A stretch of 21,367 nt of DNA from Gemmatimonadales bacterium (lineage in GTDB: Bacteria > Gemmatimonadota > Gemmatimonadetes > Gemmatimonadales > GWC2-71-9). The notes under the pieces were generated by a model, which saw only the letters and a program-made list of their open reading frames with translations, was not told the origin of the DNA and did no database searches. The stretch lies in NCBI GenBank assembly GCA_038321865.1, contig JBBQFH010000039.1:1-21367 (forward strand). The letters are read 5' to 3'. Position numbers and translations under genes: made by a program. Positions 14,072 to 21,367 of the stretch are shown piece after piece (position 1 is the stretch's first letter; each line of letters starts with the position of its first letter).

Positions 14072-16063
14072 ATGACCTCCCCGAGCGCTCCGCCGGCGTC
14101 CGTGGCCCGACGGGTCGGCCGCGCGGTCTTCGGCCGCCCCCGCGATCTGGCCGACAGCGGGCTCTTCCATCGCCTGGCCCTGATCCCGTTCCTCGCCTGG
14201 GTCGGGCTCGGCGCCGACGGCCTGTCGTCGTCCGCCTATGGCCCGGAGGAGGCGTTCAAGGCGCTCGGCGCCTATCCCTTCCTCGCGCTGGTGCTCGCCG
14301 CTGTGATGGCGTTCACCGTCCTCCTCATCTCGGCCGCCTATAGCCGGATCATCGAGGAGTTTCCGACCGGCGGCGGCGGCTACGTGGTCGCCTCGAAGCT
14401 GCTGGGCGCCCGGGCCGGGGTCACTTCGGGCAGCGCGCTCCTCGTGGACTACGTGCTGACGATCACGACCTCGGTCGCCGCCGCGGGCGACGCCATCTTC
14501 AGCTTCGTGCCTCCCGAATGGCACGGCGTGAAGCTCAGCGTCGAGGTGCTGTTCCTCCTCCTGCTCACTACCCTCAACATCCGGGGCGTCCGCGAGTCGG
14601 TGCTCGCGCTCCTGCCGCTCTTCCTGCTGTTCCTCATCACCCACGCTGTGGTGATCGGCGGCGGCGTAATCGGCCACCTGCCGCAACTGTCCGGGACCGT
14701 GGCAGGGGTGCGCGAGAGCTACGCCCGCGGGACATCGCTGCTCGGCATGGGCGGGCTCGCGCTGCTCTTTCTCCGGGCCTACAGCCTGGGCGGCGGCACC
14801 TATACCGGCATCGAGGCGGTGTCCAACGGCCTGCCGGTGATGCGGGAGCCGAGGGTGCGGACCGGGAAGCGGACCATGGCGTACATGGCGTTCTCGCTGG
14901 CGATCACCGCCAGCGGGCTCCTCCTGTGCTACCTGCTCTGGCAGGTGACGCCGGTGGCCGGCAAGACGATGAACGCGGTGCTGGTGGAGCGGATCACGCG
15001 GGGGCTGCCGTTCGGGCACGCGTTCTCGGTGCTGACTCTCTTCACCGAGGGGGCGCTGCTGGTCGTCGCCGCGCAGGCGGGATTCCTGGATGGCCCCCGC
15101 GTGCTGGCCAACATGGCGGTGGACAGCTGGGCGCCGCACCGCTTCGCCTCGCTCTCGGAGCGGTTGACCACCAAGAACGGCATCGTGCTGATGGGTGGTG
15201 CGGCGCTGGTGGCGCTGCTGTATACGCGGGGGAGCGTGGGACACCTGATCGTCATGTACTCAATCAACGTGTTTCTCACCTTCTCGCTCTCCATGCTGGC
15301 GATGCTGCGCTTCTGGATCGGGGCCGGACGGGCGCGGCCGGAGTGGCGGCAGCGCGCCGTGCTCTTCGCCTCCGGGCTGCTGCTCTGCGTCACGATCCTG
15401 GCGGTGACGGTGTTCGAGAAATTCGCGCAGGGCGGGTGGGTGACGGTGGTCGTGACCAGCCTTCTCATCGGCGGCTTCATGCTGATCCGGCGCCACTACG
15501 ACCGGGCGGCGGCGGAAATGAACCGCCTCTTCCAGGAGCTGGGCGACCTGCCGTCTGCCGGAGGCCCAGGGCGGTCGCCGGGTGCGCTCGATTCGAAACA
15601 GCCGGTGGCGGTGGTGCTGGTGGCGTCGTACGGCGGGATCGGGATCCACACCCTGCTCAACGTCGTTCGGGCCTTTCCGGGCTTCTACCGGGGCGTGGTG
15701 TTCGTGACGGTGGGCGTCGTGGATTCGGGTGAGTTCAAGGGTGAAGGCGCCGTGGCCGATCTGCGGCGGCGTACGGCGGCCACGCTCGACAGCTACGTGG
15801 CGCTAGCCCGGACGCTGGGCCTGCCGGCCGAAGGGCGGATGGCCGTGGGCACTGATGTCATCGACGAGGCCGAACGGCTTTGCGACGAGGTGGCGCGCGA
15901 CTACGCGCGGCCGACGTTCTTCGCCGGGAAGCTGATCTTCCAGCGTGAAACATGGTGGCAGCGATTTCTGCACAATGAGACCGCGTTGGCCCTGCAGAAG
16001 CGGCTGCAGTGGGCCGGCCGGACGATGGTAACCATGCCGGTGCGCGTGCGGGAGGCGGCGTGA
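14072..16063 (+). CDS. APC-superfamily transporter, KimA-like K+/H+ symporter (663 aa)
   Basis: About 12 TM helices plus a cytoplasmic C-domain. Motifs ADGLSSSAYGPEE, GGGGYVVAS, LLVDYVLT and TGIEAVSNG correspond to KimA DALSSVAYG, DYILT and TGVEAISN. Confidence 0.85.
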   Translation: MTSPSAPPASVARRVGRAVFGRPRDLADSGLFHRLALIPFLAWVGLGADGLSSSAYGPEEAFKALGAYPFLALVLAAVMAFTVLLISAAYSRIIEEFPTGGGGYVVASKLLGARAGVTSGSALLVDYVLTITTSVAAAGDAIFSFVPPEWHGVKLSVEVLFLLLLTTLNIRGVRESVLALLPLFLLFLITHAVVIGGGVIGHLPQLSGTVAGVRESYARGTSLLGMGGLALLFLRAYSLGGGTYTGIEAVSNGLPVMREPRVRTGKRTMAYMAFSLAITASGLLLCYLLWQVTPVAGKTMNAVLVERITRGLPFGHAFSVLTLFTEGALLVVAAQAGFLDGPRVLANMAVDSWAPHRFASLSERLTTKNGIVLMGGAALVALLYTRGSVGHLIVMYSINVFLTFSLSMLAMLRFWIGAGRARPEWRQRAVLFASGLLLCVTILAVTVFEKFAQGGWVTVVVTSLLIGGFMLIRRHYDRAAAEMNRLFQELGDLPSAGGPGRSPGALDSKQPVAVVLVASYGGIGIHTLLNVVRAFPGFYRGVVFVTVGVVDSGEFKGEGAVADLRRRTAATLDSYVALARTLGLPAEGRMAVGTDVIDEAERLCDEVARDYARPTFFAGKLIFQRETWWQRFLHNETALALQKRLQWAGRTMVTMPVRVREAA

Positions 16064-16548
16064 TCGCGCGTGCGGGATTCGGGCTCGCGCTGCTGATCGC
16101 TGGAGCCGGCTGCCGGGTCGGGACCGCCGGCGTCGGCAATCTCGACACGCCTGCGGCGCGGCGCCTGGTCGGCGTATGGACGCTCCAGCTGGTTCGCCGG
16201 CCGGAGCGCTTTGCGCCCGCCGGCGCCCGCCCCGACACGCTCGATGGCCCCGTCGCGATCATTCCCAATCGGTCGGACCCCGGCGCCAGCTGGAACGCGC
16301 ACCCGATGACCGCGGCGGGCGCCTTTGATCTCGCGCTGGACCGGTGGGGCCATCCCGGCGGCGCACACGAGCTCATGGGCCGCACCTACGGTGATTCAGT
16401 CGAGATTCTGCTGGACCCCCGCGCGGGGAGTGCGGCCACCTGGCTGGCGGGTGTCTGGCGGGGTGACCGCGTCACGGGGGAGTGGGTATCCGATCGCGGC
16501 CGGGGCGCGTCCGACGCGGGTGCGTTCACGCTGGTGCCGCAGCGATGA
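16060..16548 (+). CDS. Hypothetical lipoprotein (162 aa)
   Basis: GTG 16060 overlaps the transporter stop (GTGA); GGAGG at 16051-16055; MIARAGFGLALLIAGAG^C; beta-rich body (GVWRGDRVTGEW...GAFTL). Confidence 0.7.
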   Translation: MIARAGFGLALLIAGAGCRVGTAGVGNLDTPAARRLVGVWTLQLVRRPERFAPAGARPDTLDGPVAIIPNRSDPGASWNAHPMTAAGAFDLALDRWGHPGGAHELMGRTYGDSVEILLDPRAGSAATWLAGVWRGDRVTGEWVSDRGRGASDAGAFTLVPQR

Positions 16549-16569
16549 ACATCCGGGCGGGGGCGCCCA

Positions 16570-17895
16570 TTACATCGCCATTCCGGCCGCAGCGACCGTC
16601 TTCGCGAGCCGGAGCCGTCCGAACAGCATCACGCCAAGCGGATAGCGTCCGCCGTAAAACCGGCTCAGCTCGGCCGGTACGAGGTTGACGGTCCCGCGGG
16701 TCCCGATGCCCAGAGTGATACCGTGCGCCGCGCCGACCTCGCGGATGTAGCCCAGCGAGAGACTCGCAACGGTGAAGCGCCGGTCCGTCGTAAACCCCGC
16801 GCCACTGTCCGCCAGCACCAGGTCCTCGGCCGTCTTCTGCACGATCTCGACTCGCGCCAGCAGGGTGTTCTGACGGTCCAGGATCGCCTGGAGCTCACCC
16901 AGGGCGCTCGCCGCGCGCGAGACGCCCGGACGCAGGTTGACGCCGTAGACCGCCGTGGCCGCGAGCTGGCCGGCTGCGCCGAGCCGACGGCCATAGAGCA
17001 CCGACGCGACGGCGCGCCGGAGCGGCCGGTCGGGCTCGGCCGCCTCGGGGCTCTTCAGGTAGCCGTATCCGAGTGTCGCGCTCCAGTGGGCCGACGGGTT
17101 GAGCGTGAGGCGTCCGGACCAGGAATCGGGGGTCCCCAGGTCGAAGCCCCAGCGATGCTCGTCCGGCTCCCGGCCGTTGAACCACGATCCCTCGAGCTTC
17201 CACTGGCGGCCGAACACACCGGCCGTGAGGACGCCGAAGCTCACGTGGGTCGCGTCCTGCCAGTGGTGGCCGATCGGCGCGGCCGGATCGTCCACGGCAG
17301 ACGGACGGTGCATGAACGCGACCGGGCCAAGCGCGGGCTCGCCCGACGGCGCGGCGTAAAGCTCGAGGGCGGTGTTCCGGGCGACGGGCCGGAGATACAG
17401 CGCGCCCAGCTCCATCCAGAAGTCGTGCGGATGCTGGCGGTCGTGCAGCGTGGCGCCCTGATACGACTCCCCGGTCTGCAGCAGGAGCGGATAGCCGCGA
17501 CCGGTGACGGAGGCCGGGTCGAGACTCAGCATGGTGCGCAGCTGGAGCATGCCGCCGGCGAGACTGTGGCTCGCCATCAGCATCGCCCAGTTGAGACTGC
17601 CGAACTGGTCGCCGCCGCGGGGACCGCCCTGGCGGTCATACTGGGCGAAGAGAAACCCGTGGTAGGTCAGCTCCCAGCGGCCGAGCTGCGCCATGCCGGT
17701 GGGGATCGGAGAGGCATCGGGGATCCAGGTGGTGCCGGAGCCCATGCGGGTCATCGGGATGCCGAGCGGCGTGGTCATCATGGCACCCATGTCGTGGGCC
17801 ATGGCCGAGTCGGCCGGCGTCTGGGCGGTCAGTCGGGCGGTTGCACCGACGGCGCAGGCCGCCGCGACAAACGCGGTATTGATGAAGCGGAACAT
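16570..17895 (-). CDS. Uncharacterised secreted / outer-membrane beta-barrel-like protein with His/Met motifs (441 aa)
   Basis: ATG 17895 with AAGGA RBS; signal peptide; MAHDMGAMM, GSGTTWIPDASP, DRQHPHDFWMEL, GEPALGPVAFMHRPSA, GHHWQDATH; alternating amphipathic strands in the C-half. Confidence 0.8.
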   Translation of the reverse strand: MFRFINTAFVAAACAVGATARLTAQTPADSAMAHDMGAMMTTPLGIPMTRMGSGTTWIPDASPIPTGMAQLGRWELTYHGFLFAQYDRQGGPRGGDQFGSLNWAMLMASHSLAGGMLQLRTMLSLDPASVTGRGYPLLLQTGESYQGATLHDRQHPHDFWMELGALYLRPVARNTALELYAAPSGEPALGPVAFMHRPSAVDDPAAPIGHHWQDATHVSFGVLTAGVFGRQWKLEGSWFNGREPDEHRWGFDLGTPDSWSGRLTLNPSAHWSATLGYGYLKSPEAAEPDRPLRRAVASVLYGRRLGAAGQLAATAVYGVNLRPGVSRAASALGELQAILDRQNTLLARVEIVQKTAEDLVLADSGAGFTTDRRFTVASLSLGYIREVGAAHGITLGIGTRGTVNLVPAELSRFYGGRYPLGVMLFGRLRLAKTVAAAGMAM

Positions 17896-17938
17896 GCACG
17901 GTCCTTGAAAAACGTGAGCGCGAGCTACGGCTGACGGA

Positions 17939-18337
17939 TCAGAGGGCCGGCTGCGGTGGGGGAGTGGGGGGGAGTGCGGGCGGAGCGGGGGCCAATCGGT
18001 CGGCGACCGGTGGCCGCGAACGGCCGGCCGCATCAGCCGGCGGAAGCCGGGGCGCGGCAGACGCGGCGGTCGGCGTCGTGCTGCCGCACTGAATCGCCGC
18101 GGCACATTCGGCCGGCGGGCAATGGGGACAGTCGGGCGACGGCGACTGCATCGCTGTGATAGCCAAGGGAGCGGCGGGCCCGGCGTGACCCGCCATTCCG
18201 CCCATCGCATGGTCCGCCGCGCCCGGCCGCGCCGAACAGTGGCTCGCCGACGCCTCCAGCGGCGCTGCGCCTACCGAGGCGGCCATGAGCAGCAGCATCG
18301 CGATGCGGGCGGTGCAGGCAGAGCGTGAACGGCGCAT
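17939..18337 (-). CDS. Small secreted Cys/His/Met-rich protein with CxxC and polyproline C-terminus (CutF/CruR/DUF2946-like leader, 132 aa)
   Basis: Signal-like N-terminus; HC...DHAMGGMAGH; DCPHCPPAEC...QC; ends PAPPALPPTPPPQPAL* 43 nt before the barrel gene. Confidence 0.72.
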   Translation of the reverse strand: MRRSRSACTARIAMLLLMAASVGAAPLEASASHCSARPGAADHAMGGMAGHAGPAAPLAITAMQSPSPDCPHCPPAECAAAIQCGSTTPTAASAAPRLPPADAAGRSRPPVADRLAPAPPALPPTPPPQPAL

Positions 18338-18349
18338 GCCGGAAGATAG

Positions 18350-19423
18350 TCAGCTCGCCACGGGGCCGGGCACGGCGCCGGCCGGGAAAAACCGGCGGGC
18401 CCAGAGCGAGACGTACACCAGCGCCACGAGCACCGGCACCTCGATCAGCGGGCCCACCACGGCGGACAACGCCTCGCCCGACGTGATGCCGAAGGTCGCG
18501 ACGGCGACGGCGATCGCGAGCTCGAAATTGTTGCCGGCGGCGGTAAAGGCGAGCGACGCACTGGCGGGATAGGCGAAGCCCATTCGCCGGGCCAGCACGA
18601 GGGACGTGCCGAACATCACGAGGAAATAGACGACCAGCGGTGCGGCGATCCGGAGCACGTCAAGCGGCAGGGCGAGGATCCGGTCGCCCTGCATGGCGAA
18701 CATCAGGACGATCGTGTAGAGCAGGCCCAGCAGCGCCGTCGGCCCGAACCTGGGCATGAAGGTGCCGTCATACCACGCGTCGCCCCGGCGGGTGACGAGG
18801 ATGCGGCGGGTGAGGAATCCCGCCACCAGCGGGATACCGAGAAAGATGATGACGCTTTTCGCGATCTGGGCCATGGACACGTGGACTACTGCCGCCGCCG
18901 ACCCGAACCACCCCGGCACCACCGTCAGAAAGAACCAGCCCATCACCGAGTAGGTGAAGATCTGGAAGACCGAGTTGAGCGCGACCAGGACGGCCGCGAG
19001 CTCGCTCGAGCCCCGGGCGAGCGAATTCCAGATCAGCACCATGGCGATGCAGCGCGCGAGTCCGATCAGAATCAGCCCGTTGCGGTACGCGGGCAGGTCG
19101 GGGAGAAAGAGCCAGGCGAGCCCGAACATCACCAGCGGGCCGATGATCCAGTTCAGGACCAGCGAGGTCCCCAGGAAGCGGGTGTCGCGCGCGTGCTGGC
19201 CGATGGACTCGTACCGCACCTTGGCCAGCACCGGGTACATCATCCACAGGAGGCCGACGGCGATCGGCACCGACACGCCGGCGACCTTGACCTGGTCCAG
19301 CACCGCGCCCAGGTCAGGCCGGAGACGTCCGAGCAGCAGGCCCAGCGCCATCGCGCCAACGATCCACGCCGGCAGGAACCGGTCGAGGAAGGAAAGGCGC
19401 TGGCCGCCGGCGGCAGGGCTCAA
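18350..19423 (-). CDS. acr3: ACR3-family arsenite efflux transporter (357 aa)
   Basis: LSFLDRFL, GLLWMMYPVLAKV, GLARCIAMVLIW (conserved Cys), GNNFELAIAVA, GPLIEVPVL. TTG start overlaps the upstream stop. Confidence 0.96.
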   Translation of the reverse strand: MSPAAGGQRLSFLDRFLPAWIVGAMALGLLLGRLRPDLGAVLDQVKVAGVSVPIAVGLLWMMYPVLAKVRYESIGQHARDTRFLGTSLVLNWIIGPLVMFGLAWLFLPDLPAYRNGLILIGLARCIAMVLIWNSLARGSSELAAVLVALNSVFQIFTYSVMGWFFLTVVPGWFGSAAAVVHVSMAQIAKSVIIFLGIPLVAGFLTRRILVTRRGDAWYDGTFMPRFGPTALLGLLYTIVLMFAMQGDRILALPLDVLRIAAPLVVYFLVMFGTSLVLARRMGFAYPASASLAFTAAGNNFELAIAVAVATFGITSGEALSAVVGPLIEVPVLVALVYVSLWARRFFPAGAVPGPVAS

Positions 19424-19887
19424 TACGTCACGTCGAAGACGCCGTTGGTGACCGACCGCTGCGCGGGAGAGGCGTTGCCGATGGCGACGCCGGTGAACGA
19501 GAATGTGCCCGCGATCCGCGTCGCGGTGAGCGTGGTGACGGTGATCGTGCCGGTTCCGCCGATCACGCTCGCCGACCAGCTGTTGCCGTGCTCGATCAGC
19601 ACGGCGTTGGTCGGGCTGGCGTTGTCGATCGGGTAAGTGCCGGGACCGGTGGTGACGAACGCGAATGCGATCGATTCGCCGGCGGTATTCGCGCCGGATA
19701 CCGCGATGATGGTTCCGGCACCGCCTGAGGCGTTCTGAGTCACCGCCGCCGAGGTGGATGACCAGCTCGTGCCGTCGATCTTTGCCGTCATGGCGCCGTT
19801 CTGGCCGGACGGACCGCTGTTGTCGCTGCTGCAGCCGATGGCGAAGGCGAGTGTCGCGGCCAGCAGGACCGACCGTCGCGCTGTCAT
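19420..19887 (-). CDS. Hypothetical beta-rich lipoprotein (DUF6252-like, 155 aa)
   Basis: AGGAG RBS, ATG 19887; AIG^C lipobox; MTAKIDGTSW...GTITVTTL...RIAGTFSFT...VTNGVFDVTY. Confidence 0.8.
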   Translation of the reverse strand: MTARRSVLLAATLAFAIGCSSDNSGPSGQNGAMTAKIDGTSWSSTSAAVTQNASGGAGTIIAVSGANTAGESIAFAFVTTGPGTYPIDNASPTNAVLIEHGNSWSASVIGGTGTITVTTLTATRIAGTFSFTGVAIGNASPAQRSVTNGVFDVTY

Positions 19888-19993
19888 GGGACTTTCTCCT
19901 GGCGCCGGGGCGCCGGTGCGGGGGGGGAACCGAACTTCGGGCACTACGATAGCTCCGGTTCCGCGACCGGGTAAGCTGACAGAGTTTCCCCCC

Positions 19994-20764
19994 TCACTGG
20001 ATCGGTCTTTCCACGGTTGGCTTACCGCCGGTCCGCAGGTGGTCCGCGAAGGCGTGCGGCAGGTCGCTGGACAGAATGTCGGCGGCCGCTCGCTCGACGT
20101 CGTAGGACACCCGGACGAATTCGAGTTCGACCGGCCCCGCGCCGATGTTCACGATGACGTAGCCCGCCCGTGGATCCCCGTCCTTCGGCCTTCCCACACT
20201 CCCGGTGTTGATGAACTGGATCCCGTCCACCACCCGGTGCCACGGCTTGTGGGTGTGGCCAAACGCGATCGCATCGCCGGCGCTGAGCCCGGCCACGCCG
20301 GCCATCTTGCGGCAGAAGTCATCGGGGCGGTCCTCGGTCCAGTAAACGGTGTTGAGCGTCGGGGTGCCGTGAACCAGGGTGAGCCGCGGCCCGGGCAAGT
20401 GTCCGCCGTTGGGCATCAGATCCAGGCGGAAGGGCAGGGCGGCGAGGATGCGCCGCGTCGCCTCGGTGATGTGGCGCTTCGTCCATTCGAAGCTCCGGTG
20501 GGCCTCCTCGGCCTGCACCGGATCCTCGTACTTGCAGCCACAGTGCTTGTAGTCCAGGCCGACCGTCGAGTCGTAATTGCCCGCGATCCCCGCAATCCGG
20601 CGGCTGCCGAGCAGCTCGACGACCTCGTCGGGCCGGGTGGCATAGCCCACGAGGTCGCCGAGATGGTACGCGGCGTCCAGATCGGCCCGCCGGGCGATGT
20701 CTTCGAGGACCGCCAGGAGGGCGGGGAGGTTGGCGTGGACGTCGGAAAGCAGGGCGTAGCGCAT
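19994..20764 (-). CDS. Calcineurin-like metallophosphoesterase with a CGC insert (256 aa)
   Basis: DVHAN, GDLVGY, GNYD, HGTP, GHTH and NTGSVGRPKDGDPRA motifs; YKHCGCKY follows motif III. Confidence 0.93.
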   Translation of the reverse strand: MRYALLSDVHANLPALLAVLEDIARRADLDAAYHLGDLVGYATRPDEVVELLGSRRIAGIAGNYDSTVGLDYKHCGCKYEDPVQAEEAHRSFEWTKRHITEATRRILAALPFRLDLMPNGGHLPGPRLTLVHGTPTLNTVYWTEDRPDDFCRKMAGVAGLSAGDAIAFGHTHKPWHRVVDGIQFINTGSVGRPKDGDPRAGYVIVNIGAGPVELEFVRVSYDVERAAADILSSDLPHAFADHLRTGGKPTVERPIQ

Positions 20765-20769
20765 GGGTC

Positions 20770-20797
20770 AATATATCAACGGTTATTGGTTGGTCAA
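20770..20797 (-). promoter_or_regulatory. Leaderless sigma70 promoter with overlapping ArsR-type operator
   Basis: Minus strand TTGACC(20797-20792)-N16-TATATT(20775-20770) with a TGn extension, 5 nt before the ATG. Dyad ATCAA-N6-TTGGT at 20775-20790. Confidence 0.8.
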
Positions 20798-20919
20798 TGC
20801 GCGAGGAGTTCTTCCCGGCCCGGCGGCGCGATGCGCCAAGCGGGCGGCGCTGGCGGAAGCTGACGGCGGGGAGTACGATGGGAAAGGTATTTCCGATCAA
20901 CCGCAGGTGAGGCCGTACG

Positions 20920-21367
20920 ATGCGCATCGTGAGTCTGCTGGCCGTGCTCGCTCTCCTCGCTACCACCGCCGCCGCACAGGGAGTCTCCCGCGCTGATTCG
21001 AACAGGCGAGCCCGCGCCGATTCGATTCGGCGCGTGCGCGATCAGGAGTACCGGGCCGATTCCACCGCCCGGGCCCGGAGCGTGACCCTCCGGGCCGATT
21101 CGCTGGCTCGGAACCGCGCAGCCGAGCGGCATAGCGATTCAGTCCGGATCGCGAACCGTCCCTGCATGCCCGGTGACGTCCTGATGAATCTCTGCGCCCC
21201 GGCGGATACGATCTACGTGGACCGGAAGGCAGTCGCCGTCATCCGGCGCAACGGCATCCGGGAAATCCCCGCGCGTCGCGTGGATACGGTGTACGTGGCC
21301 TGTCTGGGTGATGGGCGTACGGGCAGCGCGTCGGATACGATCTATGTCGAGCGGGGGACGGGCAGCG
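20920..21367 (+). CDS. Secreted hypothetical protein with RADS and DT(I/V)YV repeats; runs off the right edge
   Basis: Not in the ORF track; open from ATG 20920 to the window end: MRIVSLLAVLALLATTAAA^QGVSRADSNRRARADSIRR...RADST...RADSL...DTIYV...DTVYV...DTIYV. Confidence 0.8.
   Translation, partial: MRIVSLLAVLALLATTAAAQGVSRADSNRRARADSIRRVRDQEYRADSTARARSVTLRADSLARNRAAERHSDSVRIANRPCMPGDVLMNLCAPADTIYVDRKAVAVIRRNGIREIPARRVDTVYVACLGDGRTGSASDTIYVERGTGS

Noticed and set aside
17950..17990. G-rich tandem (GGGGGAGTGGGGGGGAGTG) as a DNA repeat element
   Set aside because: Explained by the proline codons of the minus-strand leader ORF.
1..21367. CRISPR array, tRNA/rRNA, riboswitch (including a c-di-AMP ydaO switch before the KimA-like gene)
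   Set aside because: No regularly spaced repeats or recognisable RNA gene motifs seen by eye, and the 73-nt spacer before the transporter is too short for a ydaO riboswitch. A covariance-model search was not run.

Overview
High-GC bacterial DNA, probably Gemmatimonadota (inferred from the pilin style and secreted-protein motifs). It forms a patchwork of envelope, metal and ion-homeostasis modules. From left to right: a type IV pilin 5' end with a sigma54 promoter; a tandem Ig-like lipoprotein; a GyrI-like protein; and a di-heme cytochrome c lipoprotein. Next is a ~6.6-kb module (ArsR divergent from TolC-MFP-RND-PII-like-YgaP/DUF2892) bracketed by two ~125-bp, ~87% identical direct copies of the cytochrome's 3' end. 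Then come a ceruloplasmin-like two-domain multicopper oxidase and a pseudo-receiver/receiver pair. A minimal KdpD (no KdpD, Usp or GAF domains) plus KdpE is divergent from a KimA-like K+ transporter, with a KdpE-type box between them. A CxxC/polyproline leader ORF (CutF/CruR-like) sits upstream of an uncharacterised His/Met-rich outer-membrane protein. The window ends with an acr3-lipoprotein-metallophosphoesterase arsenic-type unit with an ArsR-type operator, and a partial secreted protein rich in D(S/T)x repeats. No rRNA, tRNA, CRISPR, integrase or transposase was seen. Family assignments come from motif recognition only; no database searches were run.
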